From NCBI GenBank assembly GCA_965215365.1, contig CBDCDS010000003.1, forward strand, positions 2,240,001 to 2,304,000: 64,000 bases of DNA. Reading direction: 5' to 3'. The notes under the pieces are model-generated. The model had not been told where the DNA came from. It ran no database searches and saw only the letters and a list, made by a program, of their open reading frames with translations. Below, one piece after another: positions 28,386 through 38,199 of the stretch. Both the position numbers and the translations under genes were made by a program. Source of the stretch: Gammaproteobacteria bacterium. Its GTDB lineage: Bacteria > Pseudomonadota > Gammaproteobacteria > Eutrophobiales > Eutrophobiaceae. The stretch's first letter is position 1, and the number at the start of each line of letters is the position of its first letter.

Positions 28386-29261
28386 ATGAAAGACTTTCAA
28401 TACTTGGCGCCGCGCCAGCTCGATGAAGCCGCGCAGCTCATGGCCGCACATGCCGGCGCGGCGCAGCTGCTGGCCGGCGGCACCGACCTGCTCATCTTCA
28501 TGCGCACTGGTCGCAAGTCTCCCGACTTGGTCATTGATGCCAAAAAAATCCCGGAACTCACCTGCCTGGAACTTGACGCACAACAACTCAACATCGGCGC
28601 CGCGGTGACCTGCCGCACCCTCTGGGAGCGCCCGGACCTCTGCACAACCTACCCGGCCCTGGCCGACGCCACAACACGGGTCGGCGGGATCCAGATCCAG
28701 GGCCGGGCGACGCTGGGCGGCAACCTGTGCAACGCCGCGCCCAGCGCCGACACGGTGCCACCGCTCATTGTTTACGGTGCGCGGGCCACTATCGTCAGCG
28801 CCCGCGGACAACGCCAACTGCCGGCGCAAGACCTCTGCACAGCGCCCGGCCAAACCGCGCTGGCAGACGATGAAATCCTGGTCTCACTCAGCATTCCCGC
28901 GCCTGTGCCCCACTCCGGCGCGGCGTTCCTGCGCTTCACTCCACGCAATGAAATGGATATCGCGGTGGCAAATGTCGCCGTGCGCGTAGATCTGGACGCA
29001 GCCGGCAAGACCATCAAATCCGCCCGCATCGCCCTTGGTGCGGTGGCGCCCACGCCGCTGTTGGTCGCAGCCGCCGGCGCCGCGCTGTGCGGCCAACCCG
29101 TTAGCGCCGAGGCCATTGCCACGGCTGCGCGTATCGCCCGGGACGCGGCGATGCCGATTGACGACCTGCGCGGCACCCGTGCGCATCGCAAACAACTGGT
29201 TGAAGTTCTCACCACCAGGGCCTTGCGCGGTGCCATTGCTCGCGCACAGAATGAGCGATGA
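28386..29261 (+). CDS. Xanthine dehydrogenase family FAD-binding (medium) subunit
   Basis: LAGGTDL, ATLGGNLCNAAPSAD, ARIALGAVAPTP. Confidence 0.92.
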   Translation: MKDFQYLAPRQLDEAAQLMAAHAGAAQLLAGGTDLLIFMRTGRKSPDLVIDAKKIPELTCLELDAQQLNIGAAVTCRTLWERPDLCTTYPALADATTRVGGIQIQGRATLGGNLCNAAPSADTVPPLIVYGARATIVSARGQRQLPAQDLCTAPGQTALADDEILVSLSIPAPVPHSGAAFLRFTPRNEMDIAVANVAVRVDLDAAGKTIKSARIALGAVAPTPLLVAAAGAALCGQPVSAEAIATAARIARDAAMPIDDLRGTRAHRKQLVEVLTTRALRGAIARAQNER

Positions 29262-29376
29262 CATTGCATCCGGCTGACACACTCTGGCTGCCCGTCGCCT
29301 CCCGCGCAACGCCCACTGAGGGCAAGCAGGGTAAACAGCACATCAACAGCATTGAAAATGGCAGGAGCACAGCTCA

Positions 29377-29856
29377 ATGAGCAATAAATTACTCGTCACC
29401 GCAACCATTAACGGCGAGCACAGGGAGTTTTTGTGTGATGCGCGCCAAAGCCTGCTGGAAGCCTTGCGCGATATACTCTGCCTCACCGGCACCAAGGAAG
29501 GTTGCAACGACGGCAACTGCGGTGCCTGCAGCGTGATTGTGGACGGCGTGCTGACCAATGCCTGCTGTCTGCTGGCAGTCGAGGTAGCAGAAAGCCGTAT
29601 CGAAACCGTTGAAGGGCTGGCAACAGGCGCCAAACTGCACCCTCTGCAACAGGCATTTTTGCAAGAAACCGGCTTGCAATGCGGCATTTGTACACCCGGT
29701 TTTTTGATGTCCGCAAAAGCCCTGCTGGATAAAACGCCCAAACCGGATGAGCAACAGGTACGCCACTGGCTGGCCGGCAACCTGTGTCGCTGCACCGGTT
29801 ACGACAAGTTGGTGCGCTCGGTATTAAAAGCGGCTGAGGCAATGGCAAGCCCATGA
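29377..29856 (+). CDS. Xanthine dehydrogenase family 2Fe-2S (small) subunit
   Basis: KEGCNDGNCGACSV, QCGICTPG, GNLCRCTGY. Confidence 0.94.
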   Translation: MSNKLLVTATINGEHREFLCDARQSLLEALRDILCLTGTKEGCNDGNCGACSVIVDGVLTNACCLLAVEVAESRIETVEGLATGAKLHPLQQAFLQETGLQCGICTPGFLMSAKALLDKTPKPDEQQVRHWLAGNLCRCTGYDKLVRSVLKAAEAMASP

Positions 29857-32147
29857 CCATGAAGAACACAACGCCCGGCAACGGTTTTAAGGTGCTCGGC
29901 AGCTCGCCGCTACGCCCGGATGGTCTGGACAAGGTGACGGGACAGGCGCAGTTCGCCGATGATTTTCACTTGCCGAACATGTTGCACGGCAAGATACTGC
30001 GCAGTCCTCATGCCCATGCGCGCATCCTGTCCATCGACACCCGCGCGGCGACGGCGCGGCCCGGCGTGCACGCGGTCGTGACCGGGGCCGACTTCCCCGC
30101 GGTGCGGCACGAATTGCTGGACCAGGGCGCCGCCGGTGTGCTTAATCTCAGCGAGATGTCCGAGAACTGTATGGCCCGGGACAAAGCGCTGTATGACGGT
30201 CATGCCGTGGCCGCGGTGGCCGCGGACAACCCACATGATGCGGAACTGGCCGCCAACCTGATACAGGTGCAATACGAGTTGTTGCCGCCGGTGATGAACG
30301 TGCGCGCGGCCATGGCTGAAGAGGCTCCGGTCATCCACGAGAACTTTCATCCGGGTGCCTTTATTGCGCCGACAGAAAAGTATCTGCCCAATGCCAGCCG
30401 TATCCAACTGGGCCACGGCGACCTAGAGCAGGGCTTCGCCGCGGCGGAGCGGGTGCTGGAGCGGGAATACACGACCGAGACTATCCACCAGGGTTATATC
30501 GAAGGCCACATCACCACGGTGAACTGGGACAGCAACGATTGCGTGAACGTATGGACGGCCACCCAGGGTCAGTTCGCGCTGCGCGACCATCTGGCCGACA
30601 TCATCCGGGTGCCTGTCAGCAATATCAATGTCACGCCGTTGGAGATCGGCGGCGGCTTCGGCGGCAAGGAACGGTTATATATCGACCCGGTCGCAGCCCT
30701 GCTTTCGAAGCAGGCGCAGCGTCCGGTCAAGATCGCCATGCGCCGCGACGAGGTGTTGCGCGCCACCGGCCCGAGCTCCGGCACCTATATCAGGCTCAAG
30801 TTCGGCGTTAACCGGGACGGCATATTGACGGCGGCCCACCTGCACCTGGCTTACGAGGCCGGTGCCTATGCCGGCGGTCCGCTGTTCCTAGCCATCATGT
30901 CCGCCACCTCGCGCTACAACATTCCCAATATCCATGTCGATGGCTTCGACGTGATCGTCAACAAACCCACCATGCGCCCTTACCGCGCGCCGGGCGCGCC
31001 GCAAGCCCTGTTTGCGGTGGAACAGATGATGGACGAGCTGGCCTGTGAACTGCACCTGGACCCCATCGAATTCCGTATGCGCAATCTCATGCGCAGCGGC
31101 GACCGCTTGCTGCCAGGTCTGCCGCTGGCACCCATAGATACGGAAAAAATGCTCACAACCGTCAAGGCGCACCCGCATTATCAGGCACCGCCGCCGCCAG
31201 GCCCGAACCGCGGCCGCGGTCTGGCCTACAGTATGTGGTTCAACATCGGGGAGATTTCCAGCGCGCACATGCAGGTCAACCCGGACGGCTCTGTGACCCT
31301 GGCCACCGCCAGCCCCGACCTGAGCGGCACCCGTATTTCCCTGGCCATGCAGGCCGCAGAAATGCTGGGGATAACGGTGCAACAGGTTTCCTGTTCGGTA
31401 GCTGATACCCGCGCCATCGGTTTTTCTCTGCCTTCGGTGGGCAGCCGCACCACCTACAGCACCGGCGCGGTAGTGTGCGAAGTGGCGCAGGACATACTGC
31501 AACAGCTGTGCGCGCGGGCGGCATTGCTGTGGGAGACGCAAGCCGACCAGGTGAGTGTCGAAAACGGTATCTTCAGCAACCAGACTGATCCCGAACAGAC
31601 TTTTACCTTTAAGGAACTGGCGGCGCGCATGTTCGAGACCGGCGGTCCCATCAGCTGCCACAAGACCGGTCACACCCAGAGTTTCATCCCCGGCACGGCC
31701 GTGCACCTGGTGGATGTGGAAGTGGACCCCGACACCGGCAAGGTGGAGCTGCTGCGCTACACGATCTTCCAGGATGTGGGCAAAGCGGTGCACCCGGATT
31801 ACGTGGCCGGCCAACTGCAGGGCGCCGCAGTACAGGGCATCGGCATGGCGCTGAACGAAGAATATTGCTATGACGAGCAGGGGCATCTTAAAAACGCCAG
31901 CCTGCTCGATTACCGCCTGCCGACCGCGCTGGATGTGCCCATGCTTGAGACCGTGATACTGGAGTCACCCAACCCCGCCCACCCGTTCGGCGTGCGCGGC
32001 TGCGGCGAGATTTCCATTGCCCCACCCCCCGCCGCCATCGCCAACGCCATCCACGACGCCGTCGGCGTACGCCTGCACTCCATGCCCATGGCCCCGCACA
32101 AGGTCTGCGCGGCGATTAAGGCCCGCAAAGCCGCCGAGTCTGTCTGA
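29853..32147 (+). CDS. Xanthine dehydrogenase family molybdopterin-binding (large) subunit
   Basis: KVTGQAQF, LRSPHAHA, GGGFGGK, YRAPGAPQ, GSRTT, RGCGE. Confidence 0.93.
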   Translation: MTMKNTTPGNGFKVLGSSPLRPDGLDKVTGQAQFADDFHLPNMLHGKILRSPHAHARILSIDTRAATARPGVHAVVTGADFPAVRHELLDQGAAGVLNLSEMSENCMARDKALYDGHAVAAVAADNPHDAELAANLIQVQYELLPPVMNVRAAMAEEAPVIHENFHPGAFIAPTEKYLPNASRIQLGHGDLEQGFAAAERVLEREYTTETIHQGYIEGHITTVNWDSNDCVNVWTATQGQFALRDHLADIIRVPVSNINVTPLEIGGGFGGKERLYIDPVAALLSKQAQRPVKIAMRRDEVLRATGPSSGTYIRLKFGVNRDGILTAAHLHLAYEAGAYAGGPLFLAIMSATSRYNIPNIHVDGFDVIVNKPTMRPYRAPGAPQALFAVEQMMDELACELHLDPIEFRMRNLMRSGDRLLPGLPLAPIDTEKMLTTVKAHPHYQAPPPPGPNRGRGLAYSMWFNIGEISSAHMQVNPDGSVTLATASPDLSGTRISLAMQAAEMLGITVQQVSCSVADTRAIGFSLPSVGSRTTYSTGAVVCEVAQDILQQLCARAALLWETQADQVSVENGIFSNQTDPEQTFTFKELAARMFETGGPISCHKTGHTQSFIPGTAVHLVDVEVDPDTGKVELLRYTIFQDVGKAVHPDYVAGQLQGAAVQGIGMALNEEYCYDEQGHLKNASLLDYRLPTALDVPMLETVILESPNPAHPFGVRGCGEISIAPPPAAIANAIHDAVGVRLHSMPMAPHKVCAAIKARKAAESV

Positions 32148-32152
32148 ACACC

Positions 32153-32416
32153 ATGCCCAAAGTCCGTATTCCCAAGTCCATGCAGTCATTCACCGGCGGC
32201 AAAGACACCGTGACCGCGGCCGGACAGACGGTCAGGCGACTGGTACTGGTCCTGGACGAGGCTTATCCGGGTTTGCAGGATGCGCTAATGGACGGCGACC
32301 GTCTCAAACCCGGACTCGCCGTCGCCGTCAACGGCCAAATCAGCCCACTCGGGGCGCTGCAACCGTTGCAGGAGGATAATGAAGTGTTATTCGTGCCGGC
32401 CATTGGCGGCGGGTGA
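32153..32416 (+). CDS. MoaD/ThiS family sulfur carrier
   Basis: Ubiquitin-like size, C-terminal PAIGGG. Confidence 0.9.
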   Translation: MPKVRIPKSMQSFTGGKDTVTAAGQTVRRLVLVLDEAYPGLQDALMDGDRLKPGLAVAVNGQISPLGALQPLQEDNEVLFVPAIGGG

Positions 32417-32476
32417 CGGTTGGCAGCAGCTGTCAGTAACCTGCAATCAGCAACGTAACTACCCTCCCCCCGTTTG

Positions 32477-33481
32477 TCATTCCTGCTCGCCCCACTTACC
32501 CGCCGGCGGATGATAGCCTTCCCTGTCAGTCGTTCCCCCATTTGGGTGGTGAAATTGATCATGTCCCCCTAAAATATCCCTGGTAATGATGATCACATTC
32601 TCAATTTGCTCCGTTGCCAGTATCCGCAGCTGCTCGCTGAATGCCAACAGGTTGCCCTTGTCGGCCTGCTGTAAGGCTCTGAGATAAAGTCCTCTTGCCT
32701 CTGCTCTGATGAGGGGCGGTATTTCCCCCTTGCGTATATATACGTAAGCCATGAGCAAGCGCGAGATGCGCCCGTTGCCGTCCTGAAACGGATGAGTGCG
32801 GGCAAAACGTTGGTGCAACCAGGCGGCTTCGACATGGGTGGGTATATTTTGCTCACGGATAACCGAGTACAGTGAAAACAGTTTGTCCATCTCCGGCTGT
32901 ACCTGTTCGGGCGGACAGTATTCAAACAACACGCCATCCTCACGCAGCGGGTTGTTATCCTTTAATTTATATTCACCTTTGCGCTCAAAAGGCACCGATA
33001 CATGTTGTGCCTGTCCTGCTTCAATATGTATGCCGGGAAGAGTTCTCTGGTGCCGGGTAATCAGTTTATGCCAGGCTTTGATAGTGGCATGCGTTAATGG
33101 TTTATTATTCTTGATGTCCTTGAAAACCAGCTCCAGTGCTGTTTCCTGATCGGCAAGCAACCCTTTGATGGTGTCATCATCCACACTTTCTAGGGTGTGG
33201 GAGGAAACAACATTGCCCAGCCCCTCTGTGATCAACTGCTCGGTAATGCCGCCTTTTAAGGTATAAAGACCTTCAAGCTGTCCGGTTTCAATGGCAAAAG
33301 CCCGGCGGCGTTCCGTCAACCAGAGGTCCAGGATGGTTCTATCTACGGCTTTGTCCGTGAGCTGTTTCTGCAACTGCCGCCATTGTGATACCAGCTCATC
33401 GTAAACACGTGAATGCCATGTTTCAGCACCCTGGGGCAAGCCGGTTAAAGGCCGCCATTTTGTTTCGTCAGGGTTGTTCAA
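32477..33481 (-). CDS. Fic domain protein
   Basis: Canonical HPFQDGNGRISR motif; lower GC than flanks. Confidence 0.9.
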   Translation of the reverse strand: MNNPDETKWRPLTGLPQGAETWHSRVYDELVSQWRQLQKQLTDKAVDRTILDLWLTERRRAFAIETGQLEGLYTLKGGITEQLITEGLGNVVSSHTLESVDDDTIKGLLADQETALELVFKDIKNNKPLTHATIKAWHKLITRHQRTLPGIHIEAGQAQHVSVPFERKGEYKLKDNNPLREDGVLFEYCPPEQVQPEMDKLFSLYSVIREQNIPTHVEAAWLHQRFARTHPFQDGNGRISRLLMAYVYIRKGEIPPLIRAEARGLYLRALQQADKGNLLAFSEQLRILATEQIENVIIITRDILGGHDQFHHPNGGTTDREGYHPPAGKWGEQE

Positions 33482-33563
33482 AATTTGTCCCTCTTGACAG
33501 GCATTGTCGGGCGGGTTGAATAAAATGGCAGCCGGAATAATCGGTTACGGGATGAGCCGAAGT

Positions 33564-33710
33564 TCATCTATTTTCAACATCCAGCAAATGCAGCGAACGC
33601 AGTTCGCCGCCGAGTTTTACCAGTTTCCAGAACAGTTCTTTGTCGGTGGGATAGGGAACTTTCGGGAAGTCCGTTTTCAGGAACTCCTGGTAGCGTTTGC
33701 GATCGGCCAT
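33564..33710 (-). pseudogene. Fragment of type ISP-like restriction-modification enzyme C-terminal region
   Basis: Manual translation MADRKRYQEFLKTDFPKVPYPTDKELFWKLVKLGGELRSLHLLD resembles the recalled RY.EFLK.DFPRVP..LG.ELR.LHLL motif. Confidence 0.7.
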
Positions 33711-33738
33711 AAGAGCTTTCGTGTTCCGGCGCGAAGCC

Positions 33739-34842
33739 CTACTCCAGCTTGCCCTGATGACTCGTCTGATAACTCACCCGATAAATGGCCCCGGCCTTGT
33801 CGTCCGAGATCAGCAGGCTGCCGTCCCGGGATACCAGTACGTCGTTGGGGCGACCTGAAACCTTTTCGCCTTTCAGCCAGAGGGCCAGGAACGGTTCATA
33901 CACGGGACCGGTTTCGTCAAAGCGTACTACACTGACCCGGTAGCCCACTTTGGCAGAGCGGTTCCAGGAGCCGTGCTCGGCGATGAACAAGGCGTGGCGG
34001 TAGGCTTCGGGAAATTGATCGCCGGTGTAAAACGCTAAGCCCAGGGCGGCGGAATGAGCCTGGATTTTGACTTCCGGTGCCACGTAGTCGGCAGGGTCGT
34101 GGCCGGCGCCGAACTTGGGGTCGAGGATAGCGCCGGCATGGACATAAGGGTAGCCATAGTGGGCGCCGGCTGTGGTCACGCGGTTTATTTCTTCAGGAGG
34201 CAGGTCGTCTCCCAACCAGTCCCGGCCGTTGTCGGAGAACCATAACTCGCCGGTATCCGGGTGCCAGGCCATGCCCACGGAATTACGCACGCCGGCTGCG
34301 TAAATGGTGGTCTCGCCGGTGTCCGGATCCATACGCAGGATACTGGCGAAACGCGGGTCTTCAGACTCACAGATATTGCAGGGGGCGCCCACGGGCAGGT
34401 ACAGGAAGCCATCGGGGCCGACCGACAGGTACTTCCAACCGTGGTGGCGCTTGTCCGGCAGTGCGTCGGTCACGACTTCCGGTTGCGGGTTGTCCCTGAA
34501 TGTCTGGTCGATGTCGCGGTAGCGTAATACGCGATTCAACGCGCCCACGTACAGGTCGCCGCCAATCAGCGCCAGACCGCTGGGCAGCTTCAAGCCCCGG
34601 GCAAACGTGACGACTTCTGTGGCGCCATCGGGGCCGCTTGCCACGGCATACAGGTTCCCCTGGCGCAGTGAGCCCACCAGCAACAGCCCGGCTTCCGTCT
34701 GCGCCAGCTGGCGCGCGCCGGGCACTTCAGCAGTCAGCACAGACAGCCGGAAGTCACCAACTACGGTGTCGGCGATGGTATCGGCAAAACCGGCAAGGGG
34801 CAGTAACAACAGCAATAAAACGGGTTTGATCATGGCGCGCAC
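33739..34842 (-). CDS. PQQ-dependent sugar/sorbosone dehydrogenase family periplasmic protein
   Basis: Signal peptide; HHGWKY, GAPCNIC, GVRNSVG, DNGRDWLGDD, HGSWNR, GRPNDV. Confidence 0.9.
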   Translation of the reverse strand: MRAMIKPVLLLLLLPLAGFADTIADTVVGDFRLSVLTAEVPGARQLAQTEAGLLLVGSLRQGNLYAVASGPDGATEVVTFARGLKLPSGLALIGGDLYVGALNRVLRYRDIDQTFRDNPQPEVVTDALPDKRHHGWKYLSVGPDGFLYLPVGAPCNICESEDPRFASILRMDPDTGETTIYAAGVRNSVGMAWHPDTGELWFSDNGRDWLGDDLPPEEINRVTTAGAHYGYPYVHAGAILDPKFGAGHDPADYVAPEVKIQAHSAALGLAFYTGDQFPEAYRHALFIAEHGSWNRSAKVGYRVSVVRFDETGPVYEPFLALWLKGEKVSGRPNDVLVSRDGSLLISDDKAGAIYRVSYQTSHQGKLE

Positions 34843-34961
34843 CTGGCAACAAGTTATTTGGATTACAGGCCATCTGCCACTATACCCGAACGAATCATAT
34901 TCGTTTGTCAGTTGAGTGACAAACAGTCAAGGCCGCTCCAAACCTTGTGCCGCCCGCCGGA

Positions 34962-36119
34962 TTACCCGGCTGCGTCCCGTAACTGTTCCACCTTGTCTGT
35001 CGTCTCCCAGGTGAAGTCAGGTTGCTCGCGACCGAAGTGGCCGTAGGCGGCGGTTTGCCGGTAGATGGGGCGTAACAGGTTCAGTTCACGGATGATGGCC
35101 TTGGGGCGCAGGTCGAAGAGCTCCTGCACCAGGGTTGCAAGGCGGGACTCTGGCAGGGCGCCGGTGCCGAAGGTGTTAACCATGAGGCTCACTGGCCGGG
35201 CAACGCCGATGGCGTAAGCGACCTGAAGCTCGCACTTTTCGGCCAGACCGGCGGCAACGATGTGCTTGGCCACATAGCGCGCGGCGTAGGCGGCGGAGCG
35301 GTCCACCTTGGACGGGTCCTTGCCGGAAAAGGCACCGCCGCCGTGGTGGGCAACGCCGCCGTAGGTGTCGACGATGATCTTCCTGCCGGTGAGGCCGCAA
35401 TCGCCCACGGGGCCGCCGATGACGAAACGCCCGGTGGGGTTGACCAGATAACGAGTATCATCGCCCAGCATCGCTACCGGCAGCACCGGCTTGATGATCT
35501 CCTCAATGACTGCTTCGGTCACGTCCTTATGGCTGACCTCGGCGTCATGCTGGGTTGACAGCACTACGGTATCCACTGCGGTCGGTCGGCCGTTTTCATA
35601 GCGCACGCTGACCTGGGACTTGGCATCGGGACGCAACCAGGGCAGTTGGCCGGACTTCCGGACTTCTGCCTGCTTTTGCACCAGCCGCTGCGCGTAGGTG
35701 ATGGGAAACGGCATCAGCACATCGGTCTCGTTGCAGGCATAGCCGAACATAAGACCCTGGTCACCAGCACCCTGGTCCAAGTCCATCCCTTCACCTTCAT
35801 TCACTCCCTGGGCGATATCCGGTGACTGTTTGTCCAGTGCCACCAGCACTGCGCAGCCGTTGCCGTCAAACCCCATTGCCGATGAGTCATAACCAATGTC
35901 GCAGATAGTCCGGCGCGCCACCTCCGGGTAGTCGATATTTGCCAACGAGGTGATCTCGCCGGCCAGCATGACCTGCCCGGTCGTTACCAGAGTCTCACAA
36001 GCCACCCGCGCCTGCATGTCCTGCTCCAGCAGGGCATCAAGAATGGCATCGGACACCTGGTCGGCGACCTTGTCCGGATGGCCTTCGGAGACGGATTCCG
36101 AGGTAAACAGGTAATTCAT
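34962..36119 (-). CDS. metK: S-adenosylmethionine synthetase
   Basis: [38 protein letters not shown]. Confidence 0.99.
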   Translation of the reverse strand: MNYLFTSESVSEGHPDKVADQVSDAILDALLEQDMQARVACETLVTTGQVMLAGEITSLANIDYPEVARRTICDIGYDSSAMGFDGNGCAVLVALDKQSPDIAQGVNEGEGMDLDQGAGDQGLMFGYACNETDVLMPFPITYAQRLVQKQAEVRKSGQLPWLRPDAKSQVSVRYENGRPTAVDTVVLSTQHDAEVSHKDVTEAVIEEIIKPVLPVAMLGDDTRYLVNPTGRFVIGGPVGDCGLTGRKIIVDTYGGVAHHGGGAFSGKDPSKVDRSAAYAARYVAKHIVAAGLAEKCELQVAYAIGVARPVSLMVNTFGTGALPESRLATLVQELFDLRPKAIIRELNLLRPIYRQTAAYGHFGREQPDFTWETTDKVEQLRDAAG

Positions 36120-36190
36120 TATAGGGCGCTCCCGATTGATTAACTCGCTATTCTACCCGGTTGCCGGCGAGTTTTACAGTGTCGTCAGAG

Positions 36191-36227
36191 TTAGCCTGAA
36201 TACGGGTTGGTGAGATATGCGGGTTAG
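36191..36227. mobile_element. Mini MITE B
   Basis: TTAGCCTGAATA...GGTGAGATATGCGGGTTAG. Confidence 0.65.
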
Positions 36228-36283
36228 AGGCGCCCGATTGATGCTATACTGCCGCCCATGCCGGAGATGGAAACTGACATCTT

Positions 36284-37186
36284 GTGGAGCCGTTGATATT
36301 GAATGACTCTGGTGAAGCGTCCGTGGCCGCACACGAGCGCTCGGTGCAGGAGTACTACGATGTTATGACCAAGGGGTTCCACCTGCAATGGAACCCCGAT
36401 CATATTCACATGGGAGTATTCGAACCCGGGGAGTGCCCTAGGCATAACGAGCACATGAAAGACTCGACCGGGCTGAACCGCGCGCTGGAGCGCATGATCG
36501 AGCTGGTGGTGGCCCCGGCCGCGATTGCGGAGCGCCACCAGGTGGTTGATGCCGGCTGCGGAGTCGGGGGGACGGCAATTCATCTGGCTCGCACGCGCGG
36601 GTGCAGGGTCACCGGCGTCAACCTGAGCAGGTTGCACCTGGAGCTGGCTGACAGGAAGGTTGCCGACGCCGGGCTGGAGGGTCGGGTTGATTTCAAGTAT
36701 GCGGATTGTTCTCAACAGCTGCCGTTCGCCGATGCTTCCGTTGACGTGCTTGTCAACATCGAAAGCGCGCGCCACTACAGCAACCGCGAGCGCTTCCTGC
36801 GGGAGGTGCGCCGCATACTCAGGCCGGGCGGAAAAATCGTTGCCTCAGACTGGATGGCGCGCGCCGGCCTGCAGCCCGAGCAGTACCAGAGATTCATTCG
36901 CCCGCTGTCCCCGGCCTGGGCACTGTGCGACTTGGAAAGTCAATCCACCTACACCCGGCTGTTACACACAAATGGCTTGGAAGTTCTGGAATTCGACGGC
37001 TTTGCCGGCGGGGAACTCGATAACCTGCAAATCATCATGAATACCTACCAGTCACTCCGGCTGTTGCGCCACAGCGGCATGAGGGCGCCCACCCTGCTTA
37101 GCCTGATAGCGCGCATAGAGAAGCTCTGCAACGCCTGGCGTAATGGTTACTTCGATATCAGGCGTTACTGTGCGGTGAAAGCGTAA
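36284..37186 (+). CDS. Class I SAM-dependent methyltransferase (tocopherol/sterol/natural-product type)
   Basis: HIHMG, VVDAGCGVGG, VTGVNLS, LPFADASVD, RRILRPGG. Confidence 0.9.
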   Translation: MEPLILNDSGEASVAAHERSVQEYYDVMTKGFHLQWNPDHIHMGVFEPGECPRHNEHMKDSTGLNRALERMIELVVAPAAIAERHQVVDAGCGVGGTAIHLARTRGCRVTGVNLSRLHLELADRKVADAGLEGRVDFKYADCSQQLPFADASVDVLVNIESARHYSNRERFLREVRRILRPGGKIVASDWMARAGLQPEQYQRFIRPLSPAWALCDLESQSTYTRLLHTNGLEVLEFDGFAGGELDNLQIIMNTYQSLRLLRHSGMRAPTLLSLIARIEKLCNAWRNGYFDIRRYCAVKA

Positions 37187-37256
37187 AGCAAATAGTGATT
37201 GAAAACGATCTGCTGGTATGGTAAAATCGCCTTCCGGTTAATCGGAGACATTACAG

Positions 37257-37532
37257 ATGCAGAATCAGGTTGCGTCCGTCCTGAAAACGGCGGAAGACAT
37301 GCGTGCCCACCTGGTCGATAAGGCGCTTGCCGACGAGGATTTCCGGGCGCGGTTGCTCGCAGATCCCAAGGGTGTCACCGCCGCTGAGTTCGGGATACAC
37401 ATTCCGGACATCCTTGATATCCAGGTGCATGAAGCCGACAAGTACACGTTTCACGTGATACTGCCGCCCGGCCCCGAGCTGGATGAGGAGCAACTGGAAA
37501 TGATTGCAGCCGGGCTGCGCTGCTGCATTTGA
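37257..37532 (+). CDS. NHLP (nitrile hydratase-like leader) RiPP precursor; predicted core LRCCI
   Basis: KALADEDFRARLLADPK...HVILPP..ELDEEQLEMIAAG leader ending in a double-glycine-type AG site; GGAGA RBS. Confidence 0.9.
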   Translation: MQNQVASVLKTAEDMRAHLVDKALADEDFRARLLADPKGVTAAEFGIHIPDILDIQVHEADKYTFHVILPPGPELDEEQLEMIAAGLRCCI

Positions 37533-37645
37533 CGGCACGGTGAACGCTGCCGGTCCTGGCCCCGGCACCTGTAGCATGGTCGCGCGTTTTATGTTAGTTT
37601 GCGCGCGCAGGTTTATGCGCAAGTCCGTCTTGCACTCGATTCTCC

Positions 37646-38194
37646 ATGCTGCAAAACCCTTTTTCCGAAGATCTCGCCGCCAGCAAAGGCAAGCGTCAGC
37701 AGCTTGACCGCCTGCTGCGCGTCACCACCCCGCATGAACGTTTCATGCTGGCCGGTATCGGCCTGTTGTTGTGCGCAGGTCTGGCCTGGACTTTGTTCGG
37801 CAGTGTCACCCACAGCATTGTCCGGGACGGTATCCTGCTGGGAACGAGCGCGCATGGAACGCAAAACCAGACCCTGCAAGCCCTGTTGTACTTGTCGTCT
37901 GCTCAGGCGCAGGCCTTGCAGGCGCCGGCGCCGGTCTCGATTGAGATCACCCTGCCCGATGGCTCGAGCCAACGCCTGCCGGGCGAGGTGACCGCGCTGC
38001 GAGACGGCGGTCACTGGCTGCTGCCTGCCGCTGCCGGTTCGCCGAGTCGGGTTGAGATCACCCTGCCGCGCACAGCAAACCTTGCCGTGGCAGAGGAGAT
38101 ACCGTGCCGCCTGCACATCGTCCTGGGCCGGCGGGCACCGGTGCAGCTGTTCCTGCATGGCTGGACGCGGCCACAACCGCCGCCGGGAGGCTGA
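37646..38194 (+). CDS. NHLP system secretion accessory protein (short HlyD-like)
   Basis: QQLDRLLRVTTP, TM segment W..FGSV, C-terminal APVQL; position before the two NHLP ABC genes. Confidence 0.75.
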   Translation: MLQNPFSEDLAASKGKRQQLDRLLRVTTPHERFMLAGIGLLLCAGLAWTLFGSVTHSIVRDGILLGTSAHGTQNQTLQALLYLSSAQAQALQAPAPVSIEITLPDGSSQRLPGEVTALRDGGHWLLPAAAGSPSRVEITLPRTANLAVAEEIPCRLHIVLGRRAPVQLFLHGWTRPQPPPGG

Positions 38195-38199
38195 CAACG

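Noticed and set aside
28386-32147. Aerobic CO dehydrogenase coxMSL
   Set aside because: Large subunit lacks the form I AYxCSFR and form II AYxGAGR loops.
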